DNA of 64,000 nucleotides from Chrysomallon squamiferum (taxonomy: Eukaryota; Animalia; Mollusca), in contig CM022670.1 of assembly GCA_012295275.1 (NCBI GenBank), forward strand, positions 4,774,001 to 4,838,000, read 5' to 3'. The notes under the pieces were generated by a model. That model was given only the letters and a program-made list of their open reading frames with translations, ran no database searches and had not been told where the DNA came from. Each line of letters starts with the position of its first letter. Position 1 is the stretch's first letter. This document shows positions 27,455 through 41,718 of the stretch, one piece after another. A program made the position numbers and the translations under genes.

Positions 27455-28596
27455 AGTTTATTGATTAAACGAAAATCATTCTGAAAACAAACCTGTTGTT
27501 GACAACTCTAACACATACATCTTTGTTAAGTAGGCCTTAAATATCTGCTAACTAGCTCAGTTAATGATGTATATTATCATACATTTAACTCGATACATTT
27601 GGGTAAGACACTAATGTTCTTATTGCAGTGATTTGTTTTTTGAATTTCAAAGTCAAGAGGCCATTTTATTGCTGTATGTAACTCTATACACACATCTTGT
27701 GTAGAAACAGTTTTTGTTAATTTTTTTTTCTTTCTATCAGTGCTTTTAAATGATGTCTGATAATAAAACTGGTAATCAAAAATATAAATAAGAATAAAGA
27801 AAGTGTGTATGTGTTTAGATACATTATATATAAGATAAATTAATATGTAATCAAGAACGTGATATATACAGATGTACTGGTTATTTATTTATGTATGACT
27901 GCTTTGTTTCATTTGTTTGTTTATTTATCTGTACTAACAGACAGTCTTTCTTAGTAAAGTACCAATGTGTGTGTGTGAGAGAGAGAATTTATTTATGCAA
28001 GTATGTATGTATCAGTGATGTGTGTGTGTGTGTATCCATGTATATACAAGAGTATTTATAAGTATAAAACATTCACATACCTCTGCACTCATCCACTCTT
28101 TGTATTATTTTATATGTTTTATGTAAAAATACTAGTATTTATTATGTTTGTGCCAAAACCCTTATTTTCACAGATCTCAAATGTTAAATATTAATTTTTA
28201 ATTTTTATTTACATTTAATTATTATGTAACAGTAAAGAAACTAACAATTTATGTACATATCTTAATGAGGATTTCTTTTATTATGTTTGTTTATTATTAC
28301 TTTTGTGTAATTTATTATAAATTAATGTATAAATGCACTTTATGCATGCATCAATGTTTATTAAATAGTGTTGGCATATATTTATTATAATTTGTGTATC
28401 AGTGTTTGGTATTTATCTCATTTTACTCTATATTATAACAAAAATTTGTATTATATTTTGTATTTATAATATTTATTTCATATCTTTAGTGATATAAATA
28501 TACATGTTAATATTTAATTTATTTAAAATATGTAAGCAGTTTATTGTAATATATATATATATGTGTGTGTATGTGTGTGTATGTATGCATGTACTA

Positions 28597-28639
<43 letters not shown>

Positions 28640-31157
28640 ATATTTTTGCAGAATTTAACACTAATAATTTCATTTTTTGTATATATGTACACATGTCAAC
28701 ATTTAATATTTATTTTATTTATTCAATAATATTTATTTATCATTAATTTGATTGTGTTATAATATGTAATTAATTTATTAAAACTAGTGAAATTTATACA
28801 AGCTGCTTTATTTTACTTCTGTTAATGTTTATTAACAACAAATAAACAATTCTATAAAAATAACCAACTACACACACACACAGACACACACAGACACACA
28901 CATAAACAAATATGAATATGAAAGATGACAGAGCAGAAACTCAACATCTCCACACAGCTTATTCTTTTTTTTCATCCGAGTCTTATAAAAACAGTGGTTA
29001 TGCTCCACAGTAAACTGTAACAAATTTTAAAAAAAAGAAAAAACACACAATCTCTCCACACAAGTTTATTTGGCGTTGGCACACACACACACACACACTC
29101 ATAATATGACATAATCCTAATCCCCCACATTAGATATACCTTTTCACTGGGACATGTGGAGGACAAAAGAAACTGTCCACCACATAAGTTACTACTTTTT
29201 ACTACAGATAAATGGTGTGTTTGTTTTTCTTCTCAAGTTGCATCTCTAGAATCTTGTTTTACAGCTGCATCCTGTACAACTGTTGAAACTGTTACAAGTT
29301 GTAACTGCCAGTGCTGATTAGGCAGGGATGCAAGACAAACTGAAAAATGTGGCTTTAACATTTTTGTTTAACAAAATTACAGTTGTTTTACTCCTTCACC
29401 TATCTCTTTGTGTCATCTGTCATTCCTCATTTCTCACTCTCTCTCTCTCTCTTTCTATGTCTGAATGTATGTATGTATTCTGTATGTTTGTCTGTTTTTA
29501 TGTGTGTATGTGTGTAAATGTATGTGTGTATGTACATGTAGATGTATCTCTCTCTCTCTCTCTCTCTCTGTCTGAATGTATGTATATATGTACATATGTG
29601 TAAATGTATGTGTGTATGTGCATGCATGTATCTCTCTCTCTCTCTCTCTTTCTCTCTCTCCACACAATCCTGTCAGCTACTGTACATAATATATTTGTCT
29701 TATAATGAGCTCTGTGATCTGAGACAGCTGGGTAATGGTGAAGTAGCTGGCTAGGTTTCTACAGAAGATAAATGTTGTGTTGAAATCAGTGCTAGCTGAG
29801 ACTACACAGGATATAAATAACTGAACTTTTCATCACAGCCTCAGTTATAAATCTGTCCTCAGAATTAATGAAAACTTGACAAATAACTTTTTCTTCTTCT
29901 TCTTTTTTCCTTTTCTTTCCTTATCCTTTTGTGATAATTTGGTATAAAAAAGAAAATGAAAATAATAATAAATAATAATAATAATAATAATAATAAAGAG
30001 AAGAATAAAAACAAGAAAGAATTTATTTATGTACTTTCCTATCTTTCTGGAGACAAATGTAAATAAAATTAAAAAAAGGTTTTTCATACACCTAGAGAAG
30101 GACATGGCATGTTAGCAGTGGGTTTCCTCTCTGTTGTAACCATCAGCATCTGTATCTGCTTTTCAAAAAAGAATGAATTATTCTTTACTTGCTATTTTAG
30201 TTTCATGCTTTATTATTAGCAAACATTGGTTTCAAAAACCAAAATTAAAAAATCACTCAAAATTGTACAATGAACTCTTAGGCTAATTGTTTGTATAGCA
30301 ATGTATATATTATCATATTGAACAAATAAAATGGTTAATAGTAACTATACAGAATTAGTTTAAATCATTTATTCACGTCAAGTAGTACACTTTAAATTAT
30401 TCTGATTCAAAGAATCAAAAACAATATTCTCACAGAATTTATTATATAACTTCCAATCAGTGATGAAGAAAAGCCATTTATAACATTTATTAACTTACTA
30501 ATCTTTGTCTTATAATCCCAAATCCATTAAGAAGAATAAAAGCTGATTCAAAGTTAATCAAGCATGCACTATAAATTAATCAAAGCATACTGCTAGGATT
30601 TAATCAACTCCATTAAAATATTATGATATTAATCTCTTATAATAGGATTGCTGTGTTATAATATAACACTTTTACTACATAATGTTTAGTATTAAGTTAT
30701 AACATAAAATTCATGCTTCATTATATGATAATATTTGTATTATAATGTAATATATTTGTTTTACTTAATATTTATATGATTTTATAACCTAACTGCAATA
30801 TTATTTGTATTATATAGTAACATAATATTTGTATTACAGTGTCTTTTTAGATCATTTGTATTATTTACAGCATAAGAATTAGATTATTTATAACATATAC
30901 TTGTGCTGCTTTATGAAATAATATGTATATTATATAATAATACAGAACTTATATTTTAAGCTGTTAAAATACAGCTGAAACAAATACATGTATCTTACTA
31001 ATAAGGTAAATTAGTCGAATGCAGCTGAAAATTTTAGAACTTCAGAAAATATGAGGCCAGAATAATTATGGTTGGATTCAATTTTAAAGAGAAAATCAGT
31101 TTTATTACAAAGAAAAATAATAGTTCAGAAAATAGTGATCACCCAGTATTATTGTGT

Positions 31158-31167
31158 TTTATTATTA

Positions 31168-31210
<43 letters not shown>

Positions 31211-31212
31211 TA

Positions 31213-31301
<89 letters not shown>

Positions 31302-31338
31302 GTTATTGTTGTTGTTGTTGTTATTATTATTATTATTA
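31158..31338. repeat. (ATT)n/(ATC)/(GTT) compound microsatellite
   Basis: About 180-bp trinucleotide run. Similar runs at about 16020-16065, 20187-20243, 55741-55803. Confidence 0.98.
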
Positions 31339-32509
31339 ACAAATTTTGAAATAAAATGAATTTCATTACAGATAAAATATATGTCACCCAGAAATTAGTG
31401 GGTGGTGTTGTGGGTGTGTCCTTTCCTAGGCTTACAATTTTAATGAAGTGAGAATAAGCCAATAACAGGTTTACCCCTAAACCACAAAATCTCCGAGATT
31501 ATTTCACTGTTTATTGTAAATGTTAATTCAAGCATTTATCATGTTTTAAATCCCATGATTGTAGCATACGTGTGTTTGTCCACTGTCAGTTGTTACAACA
31601 ATAGCTTTATTCTACGTACTGGGGAACAGAAAGGATAATAACCATATTGTTGTTAAATAATGAAATATACTGATGTAGTAATTGATACAAATACACAGAT
31701 ACACAGATACATTCATGGAAAGAGGTACACACACACACACACACACACACATGCACACATACATATTATGTTAAAATTTGATTATGATAAGACCACTGTT
31801 AATAAAATGGTTATAAAGTGCTTAATGGACAGATGTAGTAAATAAAATTTTAAAATTCACAAATATTTGTCTTGTTTCTTAAACAAAACCTGTGGTGATG
31901 TGAACTGAAAAACTAAACGAAATCTGAATACATTCACTGATTATGTTATTTGTTTCTTCATAAAAAGAGTCCAAGAGGAAAAATGACAGCCTAGAAAATA
32001 TTTCATTTCATTCTTAAAACATATCTGTATCAGTGTTAACAACCTTTATGCAGATTTGAAATATTACAAATGATTGTTTTATTTGTTTATTTGTAAAGTG
32101 AGCTTTGGTGGCTCTAACAAACAGTCTAAAAAATAATTTTATATCTCAAGCTCAATCTTTGTTAATAATAAAGTATGGCTATAACATTGCAATCAACAGG
32201 GATTATTTTTAAAAAACTTTTTTTTTTTTCTTTTCTACCTTAGAGAAAGTAACTGAATATGAACTTTCCTGGTACAATACACATAACAGATTCTTTGTTG
32301 ATGATTAACATTCCTAGTGGATTAAGACAGCAAGTTTTCTTTTATTTCACTATAACAGAAAAAAGCTTATTAACCAATAACACTAAAATATACACACACA
32401 TTTAAAGCAAAGTACAACACTAACATTTTCTAAGTTTATATCATTTTATTTACACAACAGAAATAACAACAAACAAATATATATAAATACTTCAGCAACA
32501 ATGATTTCT

Positions 32510-33292
32510 AAGTACAAATGATACATGTTCAATTCTGGTATGCTGATATAAAGTACAAAGGATTTACTTGCTATTCTTGTATCCTGATACACCTGTAACC
32601 CTTTTATCCTGCTTCAAATACTTGCAATCTTTGTATCCTGAGACTAAGTACAAATGATATAGTTGCAATCCTTGTATTCAGATACAATGTACAAACGATA
32701 TAACTGAAATACTTGTATTCAGATACAATGTACAAATGATATAACTGAAATACTTGTATTCAGATACAATGTACAAATGATATATCTGCAATTCTTGCAT
32801 TCAGATACAATGTACAAATGATATAACTGAAATACTTGTATCCTGATACAAAGTACAAATGATATATCTGCAATTCTTGTATTCAGATACAATGTACAAA
32901 TGATATAACTGAAATACTTGTATCATGATACAAAATACAAATGATATATCTGCAATTTTTTAATTCAGATACTGTGTACAAATGATATAACTGAAATACT
33001 TGTATTGAGATACTAAATAAAAATGAAATATCTGATATTGTATCATGATACAATATAGAAATAAAATATCAGCAATTGGTGTATCCTGAAACAGAATATA
33101 AATGATATATCTGCAATCCTTGTATTCTGATACTAAGTTCAAATGATATACTTGCAATTCTTGTATTCTGATATAAATTATAAATGATATATCTGCAATC
33201 CTCATATCCTGACACTAATTACAAGTGATATACTTGTAATCCTTGCATCCTGATACAAAGTACAAATGATATATCTACAATCCTAGTATCCT
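32510..33292. repeat. 41-bp minisatellite, about 19 copies, degenerate toward the edges
   Basis: GATACA unit starts at 32681, 32722, 32763, 32804, 32845, 32886, 32927; typical unit GATACAATGTACAAATGATATAACTGAAATACTTGTATTCA. Confidence 0.92.
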
Positions 33293-33686
33293 AATTTACT
33301 GTACAATGTAAGTTTTAATTCCCTGGATTTCATGGTAATAAATATATTTACAATTTACAATTTACAAATATACAAAAATATATCTCGTTATATGGTACAG
33401 AGATGCAGTAACTGCAATATAACTATGTACATATTTGATTATGGTAATACTTTTACAGGCAACCAGCAGTTTCTGAGACACGGTTAATATCAAATTAGGC
33501 AGAGATCATAATAAAATATAATGACTTCTTATATAAGTATAAATATATCTATCTAAAAGAAATGTTTCTTCTAAAATTCCATTTGTTTTGTTAGAAAATA
33601 TGACTAGGAAATACAAATTATACTTGTGTGTATGTCTGTATATGAAATTATTTATGTATATGATTGTGTACATGTGTAGGGGGTTG

Positions 33687-33721
<35 letters not shown>

Positions 33722-34467
33722 AGTTGGTAGGTAAGAATAATTAGTGCATGTTTATGAATATACATTTCTATATTCATACTAGTATATATAAACATTTATA
33801 CACACACACATCATAGATGTTAATCAATATTTATCAGATATTAAACATAAATTTTATTTAAATATGTAAAATATCAAAAATACAATTTAGTAAACTGAAA
33901 TACTGTGTAATTATGTGACTGATTTATGATTATATTTTTCAAAACCACAACTAAATCTATGTTTACTGACATCACAGAGTTTCAGAATGACTAGTGTAAC
34001 AACAAAAATATTTTGATTAGCAGTTTTTTTCACAGCAGTTTCATCAACAGTAGCAGCAGTGCTCAAAATAAAAAATTGATCAGTAATTACATGTATATGT
34101 AGTGTATATTATATAACTACACACACACACACACACACACACACATAGCAATGTGTTATATTTAATGTTTAATTACAATACTTGATTCTGTATAATACAA
34201 TTTAATCACTGTTATTGTTAGTTCCTATAAAAAAAAAAAAATTAATAATTTAAAATAATAAAAATTTGAAGAAAAAAGTCTGAAATACTCTTTTTAAATA
34301 ATTCATACAGCTGGTTACACCAGTCACCTTAATTATTATTATTATTATTGTTGTTGTTGTTATTATTTTATGTGACAACATTTAACAGAAAACTTTACAT
34401 ATAAAAATATACACCTTTTGCATTAAGGATCTGCCATGATTATAGCGATGTGCTGTTAGTGTCAACA

Positions 34468-35574
34468 TTATACGTAAACATCAGTCACTGTGGCAAAAGC
34501 CATTTCTAACTTCGTGTCATCAGACAGAACACTGTAACTTCCTGAAGTAGTTGTGTCATCACCTTCGTAGATGTTGTTGTCACTGCGATGTGGGGACCGA
34601 GTATGTATTTTGTAAGATGGCGGCTCACTTCTAGCTTTGTGTTCTTGAGAAATTTCCTCCCCTGAAACTGGCAGCACTGGAACACCAAGAACTTTGTAAG
34701 AAGGTTTTGGGTTTTGAACTTGCTTGTTCTGGTCTCTTGTTTTGTCCACAGCACTGATATTTGATAAAGAATATTTTTTCAAGTTTGAAGATTCAGGGTT
34801 CTGCTGCAGTGAAATAGGGAGTTGATTATCTAGACAAACTGAGCCCATGTTTGAAAACCCTGCTCCACTGACTGACCCAGTCTGATGATGCAGTGAAGGT
34901 GACCTGTGTACATGCACTGATCCACTCCTTGAATGTGAAGAATCATTCTGTGGAAGCCTTGACCTGCTACGTTCATCCTTCTGATACTCTGGCATATTTT
35001 GCTGATGCAGTGGTCCTCTGTGTTGATGCACTGGTCCATTCTGTTGATAGTCTGGAACATTAAATTGATGAACTGGCCCTTTCTGTTGATGCACTGAGCC
35101 ATTCTGTTGATGCACTGGTCCATTCTGTTGATAGTCTGGACTACTAAATTGATGAACTGGCCCTTTCTGTTGATTCACTGGGCCATTCTGTTGATGAATT
35201 AGTCTGTTATGTTGATTCACTATGTCATTCTGTTGGTGTACAGATCTTCTATGCTGATGTTCTGGCCCATTCTGAATGCTGTATGGCAAACAGTGGTCTA
35301 GTTGCCCTGGTGGTCTGTCTTTCTGGACTGTGCTGGACCCAGTCTGTCCTGGTTTCTGTGAGTGAGACTGTCGCTGTGATGTGTACGTGCGATATCGTAA
35401 TGGGTTCGTTATCGCACCAACACCAAGTTTGATTCGCCGTGGCGATGTTGGCACTTGATCTGGAAAGAGGACTTCATCATCGCTGCCATGACCACTGTCA
35501 CCAGTTACTGTCTCCCCTGAGTCGTTGCTATGGTAATCGTCTGCTGGTTTTTGTCCATCTTTTAAGAGTGTTCC
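34468..35574 (-). CDS. Protocadherin B terminal coding exon (cytoplasmic, 368 aa + stop)
   Basis: Minus-strand acceptor ttttatttttacttttatag|GGA lies 40 codons upstream of the ORF-track start and is in frame: GTLLKDGQKPADDYHSNDSGETVTGDSGHGSDDEVLFPDQ. Ends TTTSGSYS...VTDVYV-stop. Confidence 0.9.
   Translation of the reverse strand, partial: GTLLKDGQKPADDYHSNDSGETVTGDSGHGSDDEVLFPDQVPTSPRRIKLGVGAITNPLRYRTYTSQRQSHSQKPGQTGSSTVQKDRPPGQLDHCLPYSIQNGPEHQHRRSVHQQNDIVNQHNRLIHQQNGPVNQQKGPVHQFSSPDYQQNGPVHQQNGSVHQQKGPVHQFNVPDYQQNGPVHQHRGPLHQQNMPEYQKDERSRSRLPQNDSSHSRSGSVHVHRSPSLHHQTGSVSGAGFSNMGSVCLDNQLPISLQQNPESSNLKKYSLSNISAVDKTRDQNKQVQNPKPSYKVLGVPVLPVSGEEISQEHKARSEPPSYKIHTRSPHRSDNNIYEGDDTTTSGSYSVLSDDTKLEMAFATVTDVYV
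34982..35277 (-). repeat. Coding 21-bp tandem repeat (HQQNGPV-type heptads) in the protocadherin B tail
   Basis: Translation HQQNDIV NQHNRLI HQQNGPV NQQKGPV HQFSSPD YQQNGPV HQQNGSV HQQKGPV HQFNVPD YQQNGPV HQHRGPL HQQNMPE. Confidence 0.9.
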
Positions 35575-36749
35575 CTATAAAAGTAAAAATAAAATAAATT
35601 AATTTTATGAGAATATTTAAGATATTATATTACTTAGTTAAATTTATTTTTTTTAAATATAAAATCTATTTTGTACTGATTTTTAAAAAATATTTCTTTA
35701 TTTCAGAAATATAATATACAACATGGAAAATAAAACCACTGCAATTCATTCTGTTATGTCATAATATATATATATAAAATTAATATTAGTTCCAGGTTAA
35801 TTTACCAATATTGAAATATTTTGTATCCATATAGTTTTTATACAAACTGCTATTTAGTTTAGTATCCTATTGGCAGGATACTTTTATCAACAATTAATTT
35901 GTCCTGAATGACAACTTACAGATGCATGCATATATGCTTAGACATACAGATGTACATATTTCAAATAACAAATCTAAAAATCAAATGACTCTAAAAGTTC
36001 CAAATCTGAGGAAAAAGATATAAAATAACTAATTAATGGAAAGCCAAATATTTTAATAAAAAATATTTTTTTTTGTTTATTTTGTATTCTGAAGTTGTTG
36101 GTTTTTTTTTTTTAAATTCTGATGTTGGTAAAATGCTTGCAACTAATTTCCATAATATTATACAATCAAAACATATATATATGTGAATTATTTATTCTAT
36201 ATGTACCATTTTTTAATTCCCAATTAAAACTGTTTAACATAAGGGGATGTAAATATTTTTCTTAACAAAACATCTAACAACTAAAGTGTTGAATCAACTC
36301 ACTGTGTTTACTCTGGCTGCCAATTCATATTTACATTACTGTCATTAAAAGTTAAACACATTAATTTACCAACATTCAGTGTTTATATAAACAAACCATA
36401 TTATACCCTGCAGTTAATTTACATTCTACCACAGGCATATGGAAAATATTTCATTTTGTTAGGGATGTAAATTCATGACAAATATTTCACTTAAACTGTC
36501 AGATTTTTCTTATATGTGAATATAAATAACTGTTCATGAACTCAGCTGCTGGAAATAAGTTTTATGTTATCCTGTATGCTTGGAGAAAAAACTGGAGCAA
36601 TGGCAATGACAAGAAAAGTAACATGAAAATTTTTAAAGATTTTTAAAAAAATTTAAAAAATTAAAATAAATTATTTAAGAATATACATAATATATTTTTT
36701 ATTTATTGTTGTAATATACTGTAAATTTGATTAACAACCATACAGGTAA

Positions 36750-36945
36750 TTACAGGAAACCTGCTGCTGTCACACAAAGTCTATTTCTTTATAATTAAAA
36801 TAAAGATATTGTTTATTTCTTTCAGGACAGCACAAACCATAATCTTTGATAAACAGGTGTGTCATACTGCTTAGAATATGAAATTAGCTCCACTGAGAAG
36901 AATTGATCACATGACCTACAGACTTTCAACACTAAATTATGTAAT
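36750..36945 (-). mobile_element. Degenerate SINE fragment, reverse orientation
   Basis: ggaaacctgctgctgtcacac...aggacagcacaaaccataatctttgataaacag...gaattgatc resembles the reverse complement of the same body. Confidence 0.45.
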
Positions 36946-39900
36946 CCCAAACCTAGAGTCTGCAGCACTGCTTTTTATCAAGACAGTAATACAAATATCT
37001 TGACCATCTGTAGCATGTTGATTTTTCATGTTAAAAAGATACCAGTTTATATTGCATCTATAAATATAGCAGACTTCAGATAAATGTAGTCTTAGATAGA
37101 AGCTATCACAGGTTTAACACAGTTAAATGTTAATTTGAAACATATGTTAAAGTGTTGAGATACTTTAATAAATACCATTGTCTATGTTAAATCCATTATA
37201 CCTGAATTTTATAACTGAAAATCATCAGATATTGATTTCATAATTCTAATTAACGAGTATTTGATATTAAAACAACAAATCTCAGCAGGTCCTTCAAAAA
37301 AAAAAACACACAAACTATCAACAGGTGAGAACTGTAAAGTTTCTGAGTGCTTCTTAATAGTGTGCAGTTTTAAACAAATCACTTGAATCAAATCAGTTTA
37401 GCTTCACACACACTTCTGACTTATAAACAGACACTGACTAATAACTCAAATTAACACTGAATGGCGTAAACATTTATACAAGTCACTTTGAACCACAAAC
37501 CCATCTGACAGTGACAAATCGTCTACATGCTTTCCCTCTTGCCCTCCACTTCTGAAGTCCTTATGAAGTCCTTCTGAAGTTTAATGGCAATTAGGGAGAC
37601 ATATGGAGGTGGGGTGGAAACCAAACAAGACCCCAGAACTGTGCCAGCTGAGTGTCATGTTGAACAACATGTCAGTGATAGCTGGGAAAACATGTCAGTT
37701 TAAGTGACAAACATCAGACTTAGCTCACGACCTTTCAGCACCAAATTCACCTGTTTGATTCCTGTCTTTTTTTTAAATTTAAATTTAATCTGCTGATGTT
37801 TTAACATTAAATTTGATTTTTTCCCATGAGAAATATATTTAATATTATTACTCTATTTGTTCAGATGATTTGATTTCACTTTTATTTATTTATATATTTT
37901 TAAATATTTAATTACTGTTACTACATCAACTACTATTAGTACTACTACTTTTAACTACTACTGCTGCTATTACTACTACTACTACATCCATCACCACTAC
38001 TACCATTGTTGTTGTTGTTATTGTTGCTGCTGTTGTTTATGCATTTTTTTTTTACTATATCAATTCCTATAGATAAATATACTGAAATCAACTAAATGAT
38101 TTTACACATGGTGTGTGTTTATGCAGAACCTCACCAGACTAAATCTAGCACTGAACACAGTTTTTCTGTAGCTGGTTTCTTTTCTCAGATCATAACTACA
38201 TAAACTATGCAACTGATATGCAATAACTTTTAATATAAAAATATATTATCTATTATTACAAAACTTATAACTGCTATGTTGTAACATAAATATAAATTAC
38301 CTTCAGTTATTATTAATGTATTACAAAAATCATGACACATGATATACTGAGATATATTAATATAGTATTCATCCTGTTAATACAAAATCATATTAAATAA
38401 ATAACAATGAGTTGGATTATCATTAAGCATTCATTAATTTATTAATTCTAAAATAAGAAATTCTGTATTCACAATCACTCTTAAAATGATTAAAAAAAAA
38501 AAAAAAAAAAATAAAAAGCCACAACAAACTTTACAAACACTTCAGCTTATATACATATAGACACATTGCCACGGCAACACACACACAACATTTCTAGCCA
38601 GCAAGCCACATAAAAAAACACAGTAATTATTAGTTCACAACATTGTTAATGAAAATTAAATTTAAACCGGCCAAGAACAAATTGACCTGCTCCCTTGTAT
38701 CATCATTTCATCAGCAGATTTAGCCAGCTGACCCAGACTAAGAAAACAATGGCTGTCTGTCACAATTCAGACACATGTCTGTCAACGTTCAAACATGGCC
38801 GGTCAGAATTTAAATATGGCCTCTGTCAGGTTTTAAAAAAATGGCAGCCTGAACTGCAAACAAGGCTGACACAATTCAAACACAGACTGAATTCTTATAT
38901 AACAGCTTAGATTCGAAAGTAAAATCAGAACAGAGAAATAAAATATTAATGATATATGCATATATATGTATATGTCAGATGTATATGATGATATTTCTAT
39001 GATCATCATTATTTGTGCAGTGTTTAAGTTATTTTCCTACCTATAATAAGCACTGGGATCAGTTCTATTGGTTTCTAAAATAACAAGATTTTAAAGTAAA
39101 TAACAGAACAAGGGTTAATTTATAAGCTTGGTTAAATGAAAAACCTCACACAAAACATTATCTATTAATTTAAAAATATGTTTAATACGAAGTAAGCATA
39201 TTTTAGTAATAGTGAATTGATTAAAACACTGATCAGCTGAAGATATATATATAGACATAAATCATTAAATGTTAAAAGAAAAACTGAAGGTAAATTGATA
39301 AAAAGTAGAAGATTAATTAGAAATACAAAACTTGAAATCTCTGAGAAAAAAAAAAAGATAACTCACCAGAAAATTCAATCCTCTGATGCAAAATATAATA
39401 ATTATTTAATATTAGTTAAAATTACATAGAGGTACAATACCATTTGTCATATTAATTATGAAATATATTATCAGTTAATGTTTATTTAATATACATGTAC
39501 ACAAGAGGGATATCATTTAATTTTTATATTAATTAAATTAATAATAGTCATATACTGGTTGAAATACATATTGTTACTAAATTATTTACTAATTTATCTT
39601 TGAAGAAAAGATAAAATTATTATTACTAAAACTACAAAAAAGTAATAATAATGTAAAGTAATGACATCACTACCATAATATATCACATATTTCCAAGATT
39701 AACATATCAACTATCAACCAGCAAAGTTCATTAATGAAAATAATATTCTTAATTTTGTGCTTTTAATTTAAGGCATGGCCATTTTTAAATACAACATTTA
39801 AGTATTATCTTTTATGCTTTTATATTTAATATATATATATATATATTTAGAAGTATGACACCTAAAACTGAATATTAATTTACTTTCTGTACTTAATGAC

Positions 39901-40814
39901 ATTGAAGAGTAATGGAAAGATAACTTTATCTCAACTTCCTGCAGACATGACTGATGCCATCAGGAAACTAGGAAACGGTTCCCTGTGCTGTCTTCCATTA
40001 GCATGTATTGACCTGTGATCATGTGGCTACACGGTTTCCATGGTAATGAGATCACAGCAGGTAGCCTGCACATCACAGACATTGTCAAAATTCCAAAAGA
40101 TTGGGCTACATAATCAATTCGATGTGGGAATGATGACATCACAGTATGATATCCTTGTAAACGTATTTTTGTTATCAGGATGAAAGTAAACCAGGTTTAG
40201 TTTTGTGTGGATCTGATAGGACAGAGATAGAAATAACACAGGCTGGGGTGATCTGAACAAATACTGTCTTTGTTGGATGCTGCATGACAGGACAAGGAAA
40301 ATGTTGATTTAATTAAGCAATATTTCACTCTGTATCATATATTGTAAGTGCAGCTGCTAGTAAGATAGAAGATGCATTAAAATGAAATATTTTAGATACG
40401 TATACTCCCAAAACAATAAAGAATGATGTTAGATATCCTAAAAATTAGACATTTCTACATTCTTATTAAATTACTAATGAAAATAAAAATTTGTGTACAA
40501 AAGACACAGTGATAAAACTTTGAAAGATATATAACAACCAAGCAATAATAGCCAAACTGATTGATTGAACATAGAGATATTATAAATATACCCATACACA
40601 CATAGAGACAGAGAGAGAGAGACAGATACACAGAAAGAATGATGGAGAGATGGAGAGACAAAAAAAATGGCAGAGAGATGTCAATATATCAACATAGACA
40701 AACATGATGATGTTGAGACTTGTATATATAAAAATACAAAACATACATTTCTTTTCTCACATGAACAAGACACCCTAATTAGACTAGTGTTAATATTTAG
40801 GCTTGTACATGCAG

Positions 40815-40915
40815 GAGTAAAATACAATATCTTATAATCATAACTGTACATGTACCAATGAGTAAAATACAATATCTTATAATCATAACTCTACATGTAC
40901 CAATGAGTAAAATAC
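40815..40915. repeat. About 45-bp tandem repeat (2+ copies)
   Basis: gagtaaaatacaatatcttataatcataact...catgtaccaat is repeated. Confidence 0.85.
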
Positions 40916-41718
40916 ACTATCAAAACACTGCTCTATAATCTTAACTGTGTTTATCTAACAATGACCATTGTCATCAAAGAGGTCCATGAACAACAGACAA
41001 AGATTTATAAGACAAATAATTGATATATTGATGAACACAGAACAATGGCATGTCTTAGAGTGATAAAACACCATTCAACACAATACAATACTCATTCCAC
41101 TTGTTTCGGTCCTTTTTTTTTTTTAAACTTATTTATTTCCATATGATACAACGGAGCTCTGTCTGTCAGCAGTAAAGAACACTTAAATCAGGTTTAAATT
41201 AAAATGTCACACTCTGACAAAAGCTTGAAATCCAGAGCACTAAAGGTGATACCTCGGTCTCCAGTGTGGTCATGGGCAATAACAGAAGATTTATTTCTCA
41301 AATTTCTCTAATTGTAGGTCATCAGAATAGTTGTTCTGTATTTCCACTGTACAACAACTGAACTGAATAGTGAGATACTCATCTGGAGGCTACAGGTAAT
41401 AACATACACTCATCTGGAGGTCAAAGGTGATAATGAACAGAGATCTACTAATAAAGAAAATCCATCTAGAGGCTAAGGGTTTACAATGAACTCTCTGTCA
41501 TCTTTCCTGCCTGTGTCATGCAGTTCATGTAACGGTTCTCAAAGAGTTTCTTTATGAAGATGTTTTGACAAAAATGAGACATGGAGGGAAAAAAAAGAAA
41601 ACATTTGACAATGTGTGGTTAATCATCTGAGACAAATGAAGATTGACTGATAGTGTCATGTGTTGAGAACAGTTAGTGTATTGAACACACTAAACTGTAT
41701 GACTGTGTGAGAAAAGTT

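Noticed and set aside
31068-31462. Poly-Ile/Leu/Tyr, ER-repeat and CV-repeat ORFs here and across the window
   Set aside because: They are translations of (ATT)n, (GA)n and (GT)n microsatellites or T-rich tracts.
32510-33292. CRISPR-like array (regular palindromic repeats)
   Set aside because: Units abut with no unique spacers, there are no cas genes, and the context is eukaryotic; it is a minisatellite.
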